A stretch of DNA of 54,208 nt. It comes from an uncultured Myxococcales bacterium (GTDB taxonomy: Bacteria; Myxococcota_A; UBA9160; SZUA-336). The notes beneath the pieces are model-generated. The model saw nothing but the letters and a program-made list of their open reading frames with translations, did not search any database and was not told where the DNA came from. The translations under genes and the position numbers were made by a program. Positions within the stretch are counted from its first letter, which is position 1. Every line of letters starts with the position of its first letter. The stretch lies in assembly GCA_964582775.1 (NCBI GenBank), contig CAZOTO010000004.1, positions 1-54,208 of the forward strand, read 5' to 3'. Of this stretch, positions 45,566 through 54,208 are shown piece after piece.

Positions 45566-47620
45566 TCAGAACGCCCAGCGCACCTGCCCGTAGACGTTGC
45601 GCTGCACCTCGACCTGCTGGATCTCCGGCGGCCAGATGTAGTCGCCGCGGAACTCGGAATGGCGGCGGTCGAAGAGGTCCTGGACCCCGACGGCGACCTC
45701 CAGTCTCTCGCAGGGCTTCCAGCCCAGGCGCAGATCCGTCCGCCAGTGCGAGCCGATCCGGTAGGAGCCGAAGGCGTCCTTGAACGCACGCCGCCCCGTG
45801 TAGTAGAGGCCCAGATCGAGCTCGATCTGCTCCGTCACGTTCAGATACGAATGCAGCTGCATCTGATGGCGCGGCGTCTTGCCCTCGAGGCCCATGTTCC
45901 GGCGCATGCCGCGCTCCTGCACGCGCTGGCCGGTCCACGATCCGGTGAGCCTCCAGTCGTTCCGAACCTGCCAGGTCGCCTCGACCTCGGCACCGTAGAC
46001 GCGAGCCTCCGAGCGATTGTCGAAGGTGAGCGAGGTGGGGCTCAGCGGGGTGTCGGTCGTGATCATGTTGTCGTAGTCGTTGAAGAAGAGCGCGCTGTCG
46101 ATGCTGACCTTCGATGAAGGCTGAACGCGGTAGCCGATCTCGTAGGCAAGCATCACCTCGGCCCCGAGATCTTCGTCCCCCACGATCGTGAATGGCGCAT
46201 AGAGCCCTGGAGCCACGGGGATGGCCGCAGCGATCAAGTCGATGTCACGGTCTGCACGAGTCGGCGTGCGAACGGACCGCGAGACCGAGGCCCACACCTG
46301 GTTCCAGTCGTTGGGTGTCCAGAGCATGCGCGCGCTCGGCTGCAGCTCCCATCCCGTGATGTCGTTCCACTCGACCTTCGAGCCCACGGTGGCCGTGAGG
46401 AGCTCGGGAACGAGGACGTGCTCGAGCTGCCCGAATCCACTCCAGATCACCTCGCGCCGGTTCTCCTTCCGGAAAGAGAGGCCGGGTGCGCCCTCGTCGG
46501 TCCGGCTGTCGTTCTGCCTCCAGCCAAGTCCCCAGAGGAAGTCGTCCGCATCCGCGAGCTTCCAGTTGTGCTGCAGGGTGAGATCCATGGTCCTTCGCGT
46601 CTCGCCGACCTGGAAGGTGTCCGACCTCTCGACATCGACGTAGCCAGCCAGCTCGATGGACTGATCCTCATCGAGCTTGCGCGTCCAATCGAAGTTGCCG
46701 TTGCCCCCCCAGTTCTCGTGCTGGCCATGCACGACGCTCTGTCCGGCAAGGAATCCTGGAATCATGGGGTGCAGTGCGTACGAGAAGTTCGAGGTGCGGA
46801 GATCCTGCTGGAAATAGCTGCCGGTGAACGTCACCTGATCCCGCTCCGACGGCGTCCAGTCGAGCCGCGTGTGTGCGGTGCCCACTCGACCTTGATTCGA
46901 GGACGCATCGTGCTCGCCCCTGCGCAGCGTGTGGTCGCGATCGAGATATCCGATCGAGACGCGATAGCCGAGCGTCTCGCCCACCTTGCCCCCGTGACGA
47001 AGCGTTCCGAAGGCGTGCTCTTCGGTGCCGGCGCCCGGGCTCACGAGCGTGCCCTGCGTGTCCTCCGTGGACTTCGTGAGGATGTTGATCACGCCGTTCA
47101 CGGCATTCGCACCCCACACGGTGGCGCCGGGGCCGCGGATCACCTCGATCCGCTCGATGTCCTCGATCGGAACGTGGAGGGACTCCCACTTCACCCCGCC
47201 GAAGGTCGGCGTGTATACGCTGCGGCCGTCCACCATGACGAGCAGCTTGTTCGAGTACTGCTGCTCCATGCCGCGGATGCTGATGGCGTACTCGGTGGCC
47301 GAGACGCGCGCCACGTTCACGCCAGGAGCCAGGCGCAGGATCTCGGGAATGCTGTGCAGGCCGGAGCGGCGGATCGTGTCGTCCGTGATCACATGGATCG
47401 CAGACGCCGTCTCCGACAGGCGCTGCGCCTTCTTCGAGACCGATGTCACCTCTGTGTTCAGTAGATCCTCGAGCGTGATCTCCGTGATGGCAGAGGCCGT
47501 GTCCAGATCCTTCGCCTCGACCGGTGCCCCCCCGAGACCGAGCGCCCATCCGAGAAGAGCGGCACCGATTGCGCCGCGCGCACGCATGCTCCCCACCGCG
47601 GGGGCATTCCTTCGCTTCAT
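45566..47620 (-). CDS. TonB-dependent receptor
   Basis: ATG at 47620 is preceded by GGAGGGAG. It has a signal peptide, a plug domain (IPEILRLAPGVNV ... IERIEVIRGPGATVWGANAVNGVINI) and a beta-barrel ending in a terminal aromatic residue (RWAF). The upstream 300 aa of track ORF 45566..48526 are antisense to asd. Confidence 0.85.
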   Translation of the reverse strand: MKRRNAPAVGSMRARGAIGAALLGWALGLGGAPVEAKDLDTASAITEITLEDLLNTEVTSVSKKAQRLSETASAIHVITDDTIRRSGLHSIPEILRLAPGVNVARVSATEYAISIRGMEQQYSNKLLVMVDGRSVYTPTFGGVKWESLHVPIEDIERIEVIRGPGATVWGANAVNGVINILTKSTEDTQGTLVSPGAGTEEHAFGTLRHGGKVGETLGYRVSIGYLDRDHTLRRGEHDASSNQGRVGTAHTRLDWTPSERDQVTFTGSYFQQDLRTSNFSYALHPMIPGFLAGQSVVHGQHENWGGNGNFDWTRKLDEDQSIELAGYVDVERSDTFQVGETRRTMDLTLQHNWKLADADDFLWGLGWRQNDSRTDEGAPGLSFRKENRREVIWSGFGQLEHVLVPELLTATVGSKVEWNDITGWELQPSARMLWTPNDWNQVWASVSRSVRTPTRADRDIDLIAAAIPVAPGLYAPFTIVGDEDLGAEVMLAYEIGYRVQPSSKVSIDSALFFNDYDNMITTDTPLSPTSLTFDNRSEARVYGAEVEATWQVRNDWRLTGSWTGQRVQERGMRRNMGLEGKTPRHQMQLHSYLNVTEQIELDLGLYYTGRRAFKDAFGSYRIGSHWRTDLRLGWKPCERLEVAVGVQDLFDRRHSEFRGDYIWPPEIQQVEVQRNVYGQVRWAF

Positions 47621-47927
47621 GTCTCCCTCCACTTCCGAAGCGGGGCGGGTCCGTGGCAGGCGGCCCGCCGCATCCAGGCGCAGCTTCTCGGCGCGAGGAG
47701 CGGATTCCTTAGCCTGCGAGCCGTTCGCGTCCGCTGGACCCTTGGCCGTGGGCAAGGCTGACGATACGATCCCTCCCTGTCGCAACACGGGCCGCTCGAA
47801 GGGGCGCCCGGGTTGGATCACACCCGGCACGACCGGGGTGCCCCCGAACCACCCGGCTTTCGCGTTCGCGAACGAGCCGGGGCAGAGGCCGAGCCTCCGG
47901 ATCGAAGCGCCGGCGAGGAAGTGGATC

Positions 47928-48956
47928 ATGGCAGGAGCGAACGAACGAGGACGAAGGGTCGCCATTGCGGGGGCGACCGGCGCGGTGGGAGAGGTGCTCC
48001 TGCGCATCCTCGAGGAGCGAAACTTTCCAGTGTCGGAGCTGCGGCCGCTGGCGAGCGAGCGCTCCGCGGGCACGTCGATCGAGTTCCGGGGCGAGCGCAT
48101 CCCCGTGCAGGCCGCTCGGCCCGAGGCCTTCGAGGATGTGGACTTCGTCTTCTTCGCAGCAACCGGGGAGCTGTCGAAGACGCTCGCTCCCGAGGTCGTC
48201 CGCCACGGTGGCATCGCCATCGACAAATCGGGTACCTGGCGCATGAACGACGACGTCCCACTCGTCGTCCCCGAGGTGAACGGTGCCGATGTGGAGAAGC
48301 ACAAGGGCATCCTGTCCTGTCCGAACTGCACGACGATCCCGTTCGTCATGTGCCTGAAGGCGCTCCACGACGCAGCGGGCGTGCGCAGTGCCGTGGTCAC
48401 CACGCTGCAGGCCGTGAGTGGCGCAGGACTTCCAGGCATCGAGGAGCTCGAGGCCCAGCAGAACGCGATCCACGATGGGAAGCCCATCCCTGCGCCGGCG
48501 AAATTCGTGGCACAGATCGCGAACAACGTGGTGCCGCTGTGCGAGACGCTACGCGACGACGGCTACTCCACCGAGGAGGTGAAGCTGCTCTTCGAGTCGC
48601 GCAAGATCCTCGGGATGCCCGATCTCGAGGTCACGATGACGTGCGTGCGCGTACCCGTGCCGGTCGGACACGCCGCATCCATCCTCGTCGAGACACAGCG
48701 GCCCCTCGGGGCGGAGGCGGCCCGGGCCGCCCTCGCGTCCTTCCCGGGAATCCAGGTTGTCGACGATGTGGCCCACGCCCGGTTCCCGACCCCCGCAGAC
48801 GTCGCCGGGAAGGACGCCGTGCTCGTCGGGCGCATCCGAAAGGATCTCGGCAGCGATCGCCTCTGGCTTTGGGAGGTCGGTGACAATCTGCGCAAGGGAG
48901 CCGCGACGAATGCCGTTCAGATCGCGGAAGAGCTGATCCGGCGGGGCCTGCGGTAG
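47928..48956 (+). CDS. asd: Aspartate-semialdehyde dehydrogenase
   Basis: Motifs seen: VAIAGATGAVG, the active-site SCPNCTT, QAVSGAG, and GDNLRKGAA near the C-terminus. Confidence 0.9.
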   Translation: MAGANERGRRVAIAGATGAVGEVLLRILEERNFPVSELRPLASERSAGTSIEFRGERIPVQAARPEAFEDVDFVFFAATGELSKTLAPEVVRHGGIAIDKSGTWRMNDDVPLVVPEVNGADVEKHKGILSCPNCTTIPFVMCLKALHDAAGVRSAVVTTLQAVSGAGLPGIEELEAQQNAIHDGKPIPAPAKFVAQIANNVVPLCETLRDDGYSTEEVKLLFESRKILGMPDLEVTMTCVRVPVPVGHAASILVETQRPLGAEAARAALASFPGIQVVDDVAHARFPTPADVAGKDAVLVGRIRKDLGSDRLWLWEVGDNLRKGAATNAVQIAEELIRRGLR

Positions 48957-48996
48957 CGCATCCGTCGGATGGCGGTCCGATCGGTATACTCGCGCC

Positions 48997-49911
48997 ATGT
49001 CCGCATCGCCCGAACTCGACGTCGCCCCTCCGGGTCCGACGGGATCCAGCGCTCCCGCCGGACTCGCTCCCGCGAGTCCGGCGGGAGCGCTTGCTCGTGC
49101 GCTCACCTGGATCTGGCCGGCTCTGCTCGTGCTCGCCTTCGCGCCGACCGTAGGCTGGCTCTGGGAGCGCTGGACGCTCAGCGTCTGGTACAACGGCCAC
49201 GGTCTGTTCATGCCGTTCATCGTGGCGTACCTGGTGTGGGAGGATCTTCGCGACGATCCGAACCGCGAGGCTGCCGCGTCGCCCTGGGGATTCCTCTTCC
49301 TCGTCTCGGGGCTCGGCCTGCTCGTCCTCGACAGCGCCATCCGCAGCCAACTCCTGGCCGCGATCGGACTCGTCGTCTGCCTACCGGGTCTCTCGCTGCT
49401 CCTTCTCGGCAGCACGCGGACCCGCCGGCTCGCGTTCCCGCTGATCATCGCGGCCTTCATGCTGCCGATCCCGGCGGGATTCCTCTCCTCGGTGTACCTC
49501 GGCCTGCGCGAGATCACGGCTTGGGGAACGGCACACATCGTCCCGCTCCTCGGCATTCCGATCCTGCGTGACGGAACCATGCTCCTCACGCCGCGCAGTC
49601 CCGTCCAGGTGGCCGACGCATGCAGCGGCTTCTCGACCCTGTACGCGGCGGTCACCACCGCACTGATCCTCTCGCATTTGAGCCCGTCTTGGCGCCGCAG
49701 GGTCGCGCTGCTCGCGAGCTCGGTCGTGCTGGCGCTCGCCTGCAACATCGTGCGCGTCACGATCCTCGTCCTGATCATCCACCTCTGGGGCGTCGAGCCG
49801 CTCGAGACGAAGCTGCACGAGGGCTCGGGCGTGGCGACGTTCTTGGTGGTCATCGCGGCGCTCTTCGCCATCGCGGGCCGCGAGACGCTCACGGGGAAAC
49901 GGTCCGCGTGA
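48997..49911 (+). CDS. Exosortase family protein (EpsH/Xrt-like)
   Basis: Polytopic 304-aa protein with the conserved exosortase residues in context: DACSGF (Cys), ACNIVRV (Asn/Arg), LHEGSG (His). Confidence 0.8.
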   Translation: MSASPELDVAPPGPTGSSAPAGLAPASPAGALARALTWIWPALLVLAFAPTVGWLWERWTLSVWYNGHGLFMPFIVAYLVWEDLRDDPNREAAASPWGFLFLVSGLGLLVLDSAIRSQLLAAIGLVVCLPGLSLLLLGSTRTRRLAFPLIIAAFMLPIPAGFLSSVYLGLREITAWGTAHIVPLLGIPILRDGTMLLTPRSPVQVADACSGFSTLYAAVTTALILSHLSPSWRRRVALLASSVVLALACNIVRVTILVLIIHLWGVEPLETKLHEGSGVATFLVVIAALFAIAGRETLTGKRSA

Positions 49912-50549
49912 CGTTGCTGTCGAATCGCTACGCCCTCGGCCTCACCGTCGTGCTCGCGCTCGCCTCGATTCCGGTCGTACTCCACTCCTACGTCGGCTAC
50001 CGGTTCGACGACTGCGCACACCCGACGGTGTTGGTACCGAACGCCCCGGATGGGGCACTCGAGGAGCGCGGTGACTTCCTCCGGAGCACCTTCGCAGCCT
50101 CGCAGCTGCGACGAGGAGTGCACCGGCCCGCGGGAAGTCGCATCGCGCTTCACCACGCCACCGTCCGATCCTACGACCCGAAGCGGCTCTACTATCGACC
50201 CGACCACTACCTGGCGGAGAATCGCAAACCCGAGGGGCGCGATCTCGAGATCCTCGAGGTCGAAGGAGCCCGGTTACCGGTATTCCGGCCGCGTTTCCCC
50301 CGACCGACACCCATCAGCCCAGTGACAATCGCCGCTTACCTGTTGGTCTATCGAGGCGAGCCCGTGGCACGGCCGATCCACGCGCAGCTTCGGTCCGCCC
50401 TCCCGCAGGCGCTCACGGGCGCCTCGCCGATGACGCTCTTCTTCGCCTGGGCCGAGGTCTCGCCTGCGGACACCGAAGAGGCAGAGGCGCGTCTTCGCGA
50501 GTGGATCTCCCGACAATGGGTCCGCTACCACGAGATCTGCACGCCGTGA
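49908..50549 (+). CDS. EpsI-like exosortase-associated protein
   Basis: GTG at 49908 overlaps the exosortase stop (GTGA). It has one N-terminal TM helix followed by a soluble domain of about 190 aa. The call rests on its position and size relative to the exosortase and on general resemblance. Confidence 0.5.
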   Translation: MTLLSNRYALGLTVVLALASIPVVLHSYVGYRFDDCAHPTVLVPNAPDGALEERGDFLRSTFAASQLRRGVHRPAGSRIALHHATVRSYDPKRLYYRPDHYLAENRKPEGRDLEILEVEGARLPVFRPRFPRPTPISPVTIAAYLLVYRGEPVARPIHAQLRSALPQALTGASPMTLFFAWAEVSPADTEEAEARLREWISRQWVRYHEICTP

Positions 50550-52564
50550 GCAGACCACGCCCGCGTGCGGGGGGCTGGTCCAGCGTGTGGCTCGGATGGC
50601 TCGGCGCCTGCGCGCTCGTTCTCACCTGCATCGAGGCGTTCCTGCTCGAGTACCGGGGACACCTGTTCACGGGTGGATTCCTGGCTGCCTACAGGCTGGA
50701 ATCCCCGGCCGCGGTCGCCGCATTCCTGTCGGGCTCGCTCGTGATCGATGCCGCGGCGATCCTCGGCGCCTGGGCCGTCGCGTTGCCGATGTTCGCCCGA
50801 TCGAGGCTCGGTCCGTTGCAGCGGATGGCCATCGCCGCGCTGCTGGGCCTCGTGGCTCCCGTGACGGCCGACTTCGTCCGCTATCACATCCACAAAGTGA
50901 TGGGGGATCTGCTCGACGTCGACCTGATCTTCGCACTTGCGGGGAACGTCCCCCTCGAGATCCTCGCGCAGAGCAGCAGCCACCTGCTGTCGGCCGGGCT
51001 CGTGCTCGTCGGTGCCGTCGTACTCGCCCTTCTCCTCGTTCGATCGCTGCGTCTGGCAGAGAGGCGGGGGACACCCTGGACCGCCGCGACGCAGTGGCCA
51101 GCAACCGCGACGCTCTGGTTCTCGTTCGCAGGGGCACTCGTTGCCGCGATCGCATCGCTGGCCGCAAGCTGCCTCGACGACGGTCCAGTCTGCTTCGGGC
51201 TGCGCAGGAAGCCCGCGGGTGCGGCGCTTGCGCGCCTCGTCGAGACCGCCACGGACGTCGACCGCGACGGCTACGGGTGGCTCTCCGAGCCACCGGATCA
51301 CGCACCCTTCGACGCAGGTCGTCACCCCTACGCGATCGATCTGCCCGCGAATGGAATCGACGAGAACGGAGTGGGCGGCGATCACCCTGCGGGGATCGAG
51401 CTTCCACCGGAACCAATGGATGCCCCGCCCTTCGCGCATCGCCCGCACGTCCTGCTCGTCTTCCTAGAGAGCTTTCGCGCAGACGTGATCGAGTGGAACG
51501 TCGGCGAACGCGAGGTGACGCCATTCTTGCGACGGCTCGCGCGCGAGGGTGCCTCTTCGCAAGCGGCCTACACGTCGACCCCGTTCACGAACCCCGCGCG
51601 GGCGCAGCTCCTCGGCGGACGCCTCGTCCCCTTTCCGGGGCAAACCACGATGATCGACGACTTCAAGGCGAACGGCTACACCGTCGCGTGGTTCTCGGCC
51701 CAGGACGATTCGTTCGGAAACTCCGAGCCGCTGCTCGGGGTCGACCGGGCCGACGTCTTCTACGATGCGCGCAAGGACGCCCACCTGCGGTCGTCCCGGT
51801 TCACGACGCCGGGAAGCCTCTCGGTGAGCTGGAAGCTCTTGAATCAGCGCCTCCTCGACTTCCTGCGGGAGCACGACCCGGCGCAGCCGCTCTTTCTCTA
51901 CGCGAACTATCACGACACGCATTTCCCCTATCACCACGACGAGCTCGATCGCATCCTGGACATCGATCCGCTTCCCCGCCATCGCATCGTCGCCGAGGAG
52001 CGCGCGCGGGTGCGCGAGACGTACGCCAACGCGGCCGCCAACGTGGATCGCGCGATCGAGGCGCTCGTCGAGGAGTGGCGTCGGCGACTCGGCGGGGAGC
52101 CATCCATCGTGATCGTGACGGGAGACCATGGCGAGGCGCTCTACGAGCATGGTTACCTGGGACACGGCGCGCGGCTCGACGCCGAGCAGAGCCGGGTACC
52201 GCTCGTCCTGCACGGGATGACGGGCGACGTTGCGGAGCCGGTCGTTCTCTCCGACGTGCGAGGAATCCTCCAGCGTGCGCTCGTCTCTCCCGGCCGGACG
52301 CCCGCTCGCTTCGTCGGCGACCCCCAGCGGCAAGTCCTGCAATACACACCGAGCATCTCGACGCCACGCCTGGTGGTGCTTCGCGGAATCGACGAGACCC
52401 TCTCCATCGATCTGCGGCGGCGCACGGCGACGATCGGGGATGGGCGGGGGGAGCGCCCGATTCCCTTCGAAGAGCCCGATCGGGAGCGATTCTTCGAGGC
52501 CATCCACCGGTGGGAAGCCGCACAACGCACCGCCGCAGAGCGCGACGCGATCCGATCGGATTGA
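50546..52564 (+). CDS. Membrane-anchored sulfatase-like (alkaline phosphatase superfamily, LTA synthase / phosphotransferase-like) protein
   Basis: GTG at 50546 overlaps the EpsI-like stop (GTGA); 50501 is an alternative start. It has several N-terminal TM helices followed by a soluble domain with VLLVFLESFRAD and IVIVTGDHGEALYEHGYLGHG, the metal-binding motifs of the sulfatase fold. Confidence 0.7.
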   Translation: MSRPRPRAGGWSSVWLGWLGACALVLTCIEAFLLEYRGHLFTGGFLAAYRLESPAAVAAFLSGSLVIDAAAILGAWAVALPMFARSRLGPLQRMAIAALLGLVAPVTADFVRYHIHKVMGDLLDVDLIFALAGNVPLEILAQSSSHLLSAGLVLVGAVVLALLLVRSLRLAERRGTPWTAATQWPATATLWFSFAGALVAAIASLAASCLDDGPVCFGLRRKPAGAALARLVETATDVDRDGYGWLSEPPDHAPFDAGRHPYAIDLPANGIDENGVGGDHPAGIELPPEPMDAPPFAHRPHVLLVFLESFRADVIEWNVGEREVTPFLRRLAREGASSQAAYTSTPFTNPARAQLLGGRLVPFPGQTTMIDDFKANGYTVAWFSAQDDSFGNSEPLLGVDRADVFYDARKDAHLRSSRFTTPGSLSVSWKLLNQRLLDFLREHDPAQPLFLYANYHDTHFPYHHDELDRILDIDPLPRHRIVAEERARVRETYANAAANVDRAIEALVEEWRRRLGGEPSIVIVTGDHGEALYEHGYLGHGARLDAEQSRVPLVLHGMTGDVAEPVVLSDVRGILQRALVSPGRTPARFVGDPQRQVLQYTPSISTPRLVVLRGIDETLSIDLRRRTATIGDGRGERPIPFEEPDRERFFEAIHRWEAAQRTAAERDAIRSD

Positions 52565-52596
52565 TCTGCAGCACGTCGCGGACGAAGGAGCGGCCG

Positions 52597-53478
52597 CTAC
52601 GCGTGCGTTTCCTCCGAGCGCGGGGAAACCGGCTCCTCGAGCAGCCAGCTGTGATTCCAGTAGAGAACTTCGAAGCCGAGCTGTTCGTAGAGCCTTCGCG
52701 CCGGCAGGTTCCCCTCGTCACAGAAGAGAGTCACCGTGGGTCGATACTCGAGGAGCTTGTCGAGCATGGCGGACAGCCCGCGCCGCGCATGGCCGCGGTG
52801 CCGAAGGTCGTGCGGGGTCATCACGCCGCCGATCTGGATCACGTGCTCGTTCTCCGCTCCGACGTGCATCTGGAAGGCGATACGCCCCCCCTCTCGAACC
52901 ACCCACCAGCGGCGCTCGCGGATGTCGCGCCGATGACGCGCGACGAAACCCGCGCGATCCGCCGCACGACGATCGTCTTCGAGATCCTCGATGTGCTGTG
53001 CCGCGCTGTTCTCGACGATCTCGTCGAGATCGCTTTCGCGCGCAGGCTCGATGCGAACCTCGTCGGGTCGACGGCCACTCCGCCCGAAACCGGCGCGATC
53101 GAGCACGTACACCGGCTCGCGTCGATCCCACCGCAGAGGGGATGCGTACGGCCGGTAGGCAGCCCAGAACGGCTCCATCACATCGACCGCCCCGACGAGG
53201 TGCCGGGGACGAAGAGGAGCCATGGCGGCAGCCACTGCCAGCGGCGCATGCGCGTCGGCGTTGCGCACCTCGAGGACCGTTCCTCCCATCGGCCCGATGA
53301 GGAGGATCCCCTCCATGCGCGCCCCTGCGAAGTAACCGAAGAAGCCGGGGACGCGACCGAGCGCACCCGCCGAGATCGCGTAATCGAGGAAGAGGTTGTG
53401 CAGGGGCCGGGGCCGCACGAGCCGCAGCGCCTCTGCGGTATCGTCGGGTCCCAGGCTGCGCACCGTCCCCGTCGTCAT
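52597..53478 (-). CDS. GNAT family N-acetyltransferase (two-domain)
   Basis: The C-terminal half has the acetyl-CoA binding pattern (IGGVMTPHDLRHRGHARRGLSAML) and ARRLYEQLGF. 293 aa. Confidence 0.75.
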   Translation of the reverse strand: MTTGTVRSLGPDDTAEALRLVRPRPLHNLFLDYAISAGALGRVPGFFGYFAGARMEGILLIGPMGGTVLEVRNADAHAPLAVAAAMAPLRPRHLVGAVDVMEPFWAAYRPYASPLRWDRREPVYVLDRAGFGRSGRRPDEVRIEPARESDLDEIVENSAAQHIEDLEDDRRAADRAGFVARHRRDIRERRWWVVREGGRIAFQMHVGAENEHVIQIGGVMTPHDLRHRGHARRGLSAMLDKLLEYRPTVTLFCDEGNLPARRLYEQLGFEVLYWNHSWLLEEPVSPRSEETHA

Positions 53479-53550
53479 CGCCGACAGCCTACCTGACTCC
53501 CCTCCGCTTCGGGGATCGGGCCGACAGGACGCAGCACTCGTGCCGATCGC

Positions 53551-54208
53551 TCAACTTCTCGCGTAGTGCGAGCGGCGCTTCACGACGAGCTCGCGCTCGA
53601 GCGAGAAGATCTCCACCTCGCGCTCGTCCGGCCCCGGGCTCTCGATCTTGTGGCCACGCAGGAGCACACCGACGATGCCGAGATCCTCGCGTCCCGGACA
53701 GTCGCGCGTGGACACGATCTCGGTCGACGCGAATACGGTGTCGCCCGTGAAGATCGGCGCGGTGTGGCGACCCGTGCGGTATACGAGATCGCCGAGGCTG
53801 TTGTCCGCCACGTCCGCGCTCGACAATCCGAGGCAGAGGGCGAACGGGATGCCGCCGTACACGACCAGGCGTCCCCCCAGGTAGCGACCGGGATCGCGGT
53901 CGATCATCGCCTGGTTGCAGTGAACCTGTGCGGTGTTGTCGAGCATCCCGGTGAGGAAGACGTGCTCGTCGGTCACCACGCGCCCGCGGGAGTGCTCGAT
54001 CGTATCGCCCTCTCGAAAGTCCTCGAAGTACGTGTCTGCGCTCGTGAGGTGTGCGAGATCGTCGTAGCGCGCCGTCGCGTCGTACGGCGGAAGCTCGAGT
54101 GTCACGTCGACGGCGGAAGGCTCGATCTCACCCTCGTCGAGGACCGCCGCGACCTCGCGCTTGAAGACCTGCACCTTGCGCTGGTAGGCGACCACCACCT
54201 GCCCGGTC
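53551..54208 (-). CDS. MaoC family dehydratase (mesaconyl-CoA / 2-methylfumaryl-CoA hydratase-like), 5' end outside the window
   Basis: Hotdog-fold motifs are present: YFEDFREGDTIEH, TDEHVFLTGMLDNTAQVHCN and PIFTGDTVFASTEIV. The frame stays open to the window edge, so the track start at 54198 is probably not the true start. Confidence 0.75.
   Translation of the reverse strand, partial: TGQVVVAYQRKVQVFKREVAAVLDEGEIEPSAVDVTLELPPYDATARYDDLAHLTSADTYFEDFREGDTIEHSRGRVVTDEHVFLTGMLDNTAQVHCNQAMIDRDPGRYLGGRLVVYGGIPFALCLGLSSADVADNSLGDLVYRTGRHTAPIFTGDTVFASTEIVSTRDCPGREDLGIVGVLLRGHKIESPGPDEREVEIFSLERELVVKRRSHYARS

Noticed and set aside
47864-47873. Perfect 10-bp palindrome GTTCGCGAAC upstream of asd as an operator
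   Set aside because: Dozens of 10-bp palindromes are expected by chance in 54 kb, and there is no supporting context.
47621-48526. N-terminal extension of about 300 aa on the TonB-dependent receptor in track ORF 45566..48526
   Set aside because: The extension is antisense to asd and lacks a signal peptide. The ATG at 47620 has a GGAGGGAG SD and is followed directly by a signal peptide and the plug domain.

Overview
Very GC-rich (about 70 percent by eye, not computed) bacterial chromosomal segment. It carries about 46 closely packed protein-coding genes on both strands. I saw no rRNA, tRNA, CRISPR array, transposase, integrase or large repeat. Many genes use GTG starts and are linked by 4-nt start/stop overlaps (ATGA/GTGA). 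The many very long Arg/Ala/Gly/Pro-rich ORFs in the six-frame track are GC-composition artefacts lying antisense or out of frame to the real genes. The gene content (sigma-54 enhancer-binding regulator, exosortase, MCP, GldG/DUF4340 ABC-2 operon) suggests a Myxococcota/Deltaproteobacteria-like organism, but that is inference only. Most of the window is ordinary core metabolism, transport and regulation: TatD, SuhB, a peptide ABC importer, LPS-core genes, SDR/ADH/AKR oxidoreductases, molybdenum cofactor genes, NtrB/NtrC-like pair, ThiE, NupC, Asd and PtsP-Fur. The most unusual block is 24.4-28.8 kb. It holds a complete archaeal/eukaryotic-type DNA topoisomerase VI (top6B-top6A, overlapping stop/start). 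This is preceded by a 69-aa acidic ORF of unknown function and by what reads as a sigma-54 promoter with an upstream palindrome and an AT-rich tract. A Cas4/AddB-like Fe-S PD-(D/E)XK nuclease and exonuclease III lie just upstream. Other items worth follow-up are a TonB-dependent receptor / YfiR-like (DUF4154) / MCP operon, a translationally coupled exosortase / EpsI-like / sulfatase-like membrane protein module with no visible substrate gene, a CdaA-YbbR fusion, a protein with two Kdo/WaaP-type kinase loops, and a low-GC orphan ORF next to an Rrf2 regulator. All family calls come from motif recognition by eye; no searches were run.
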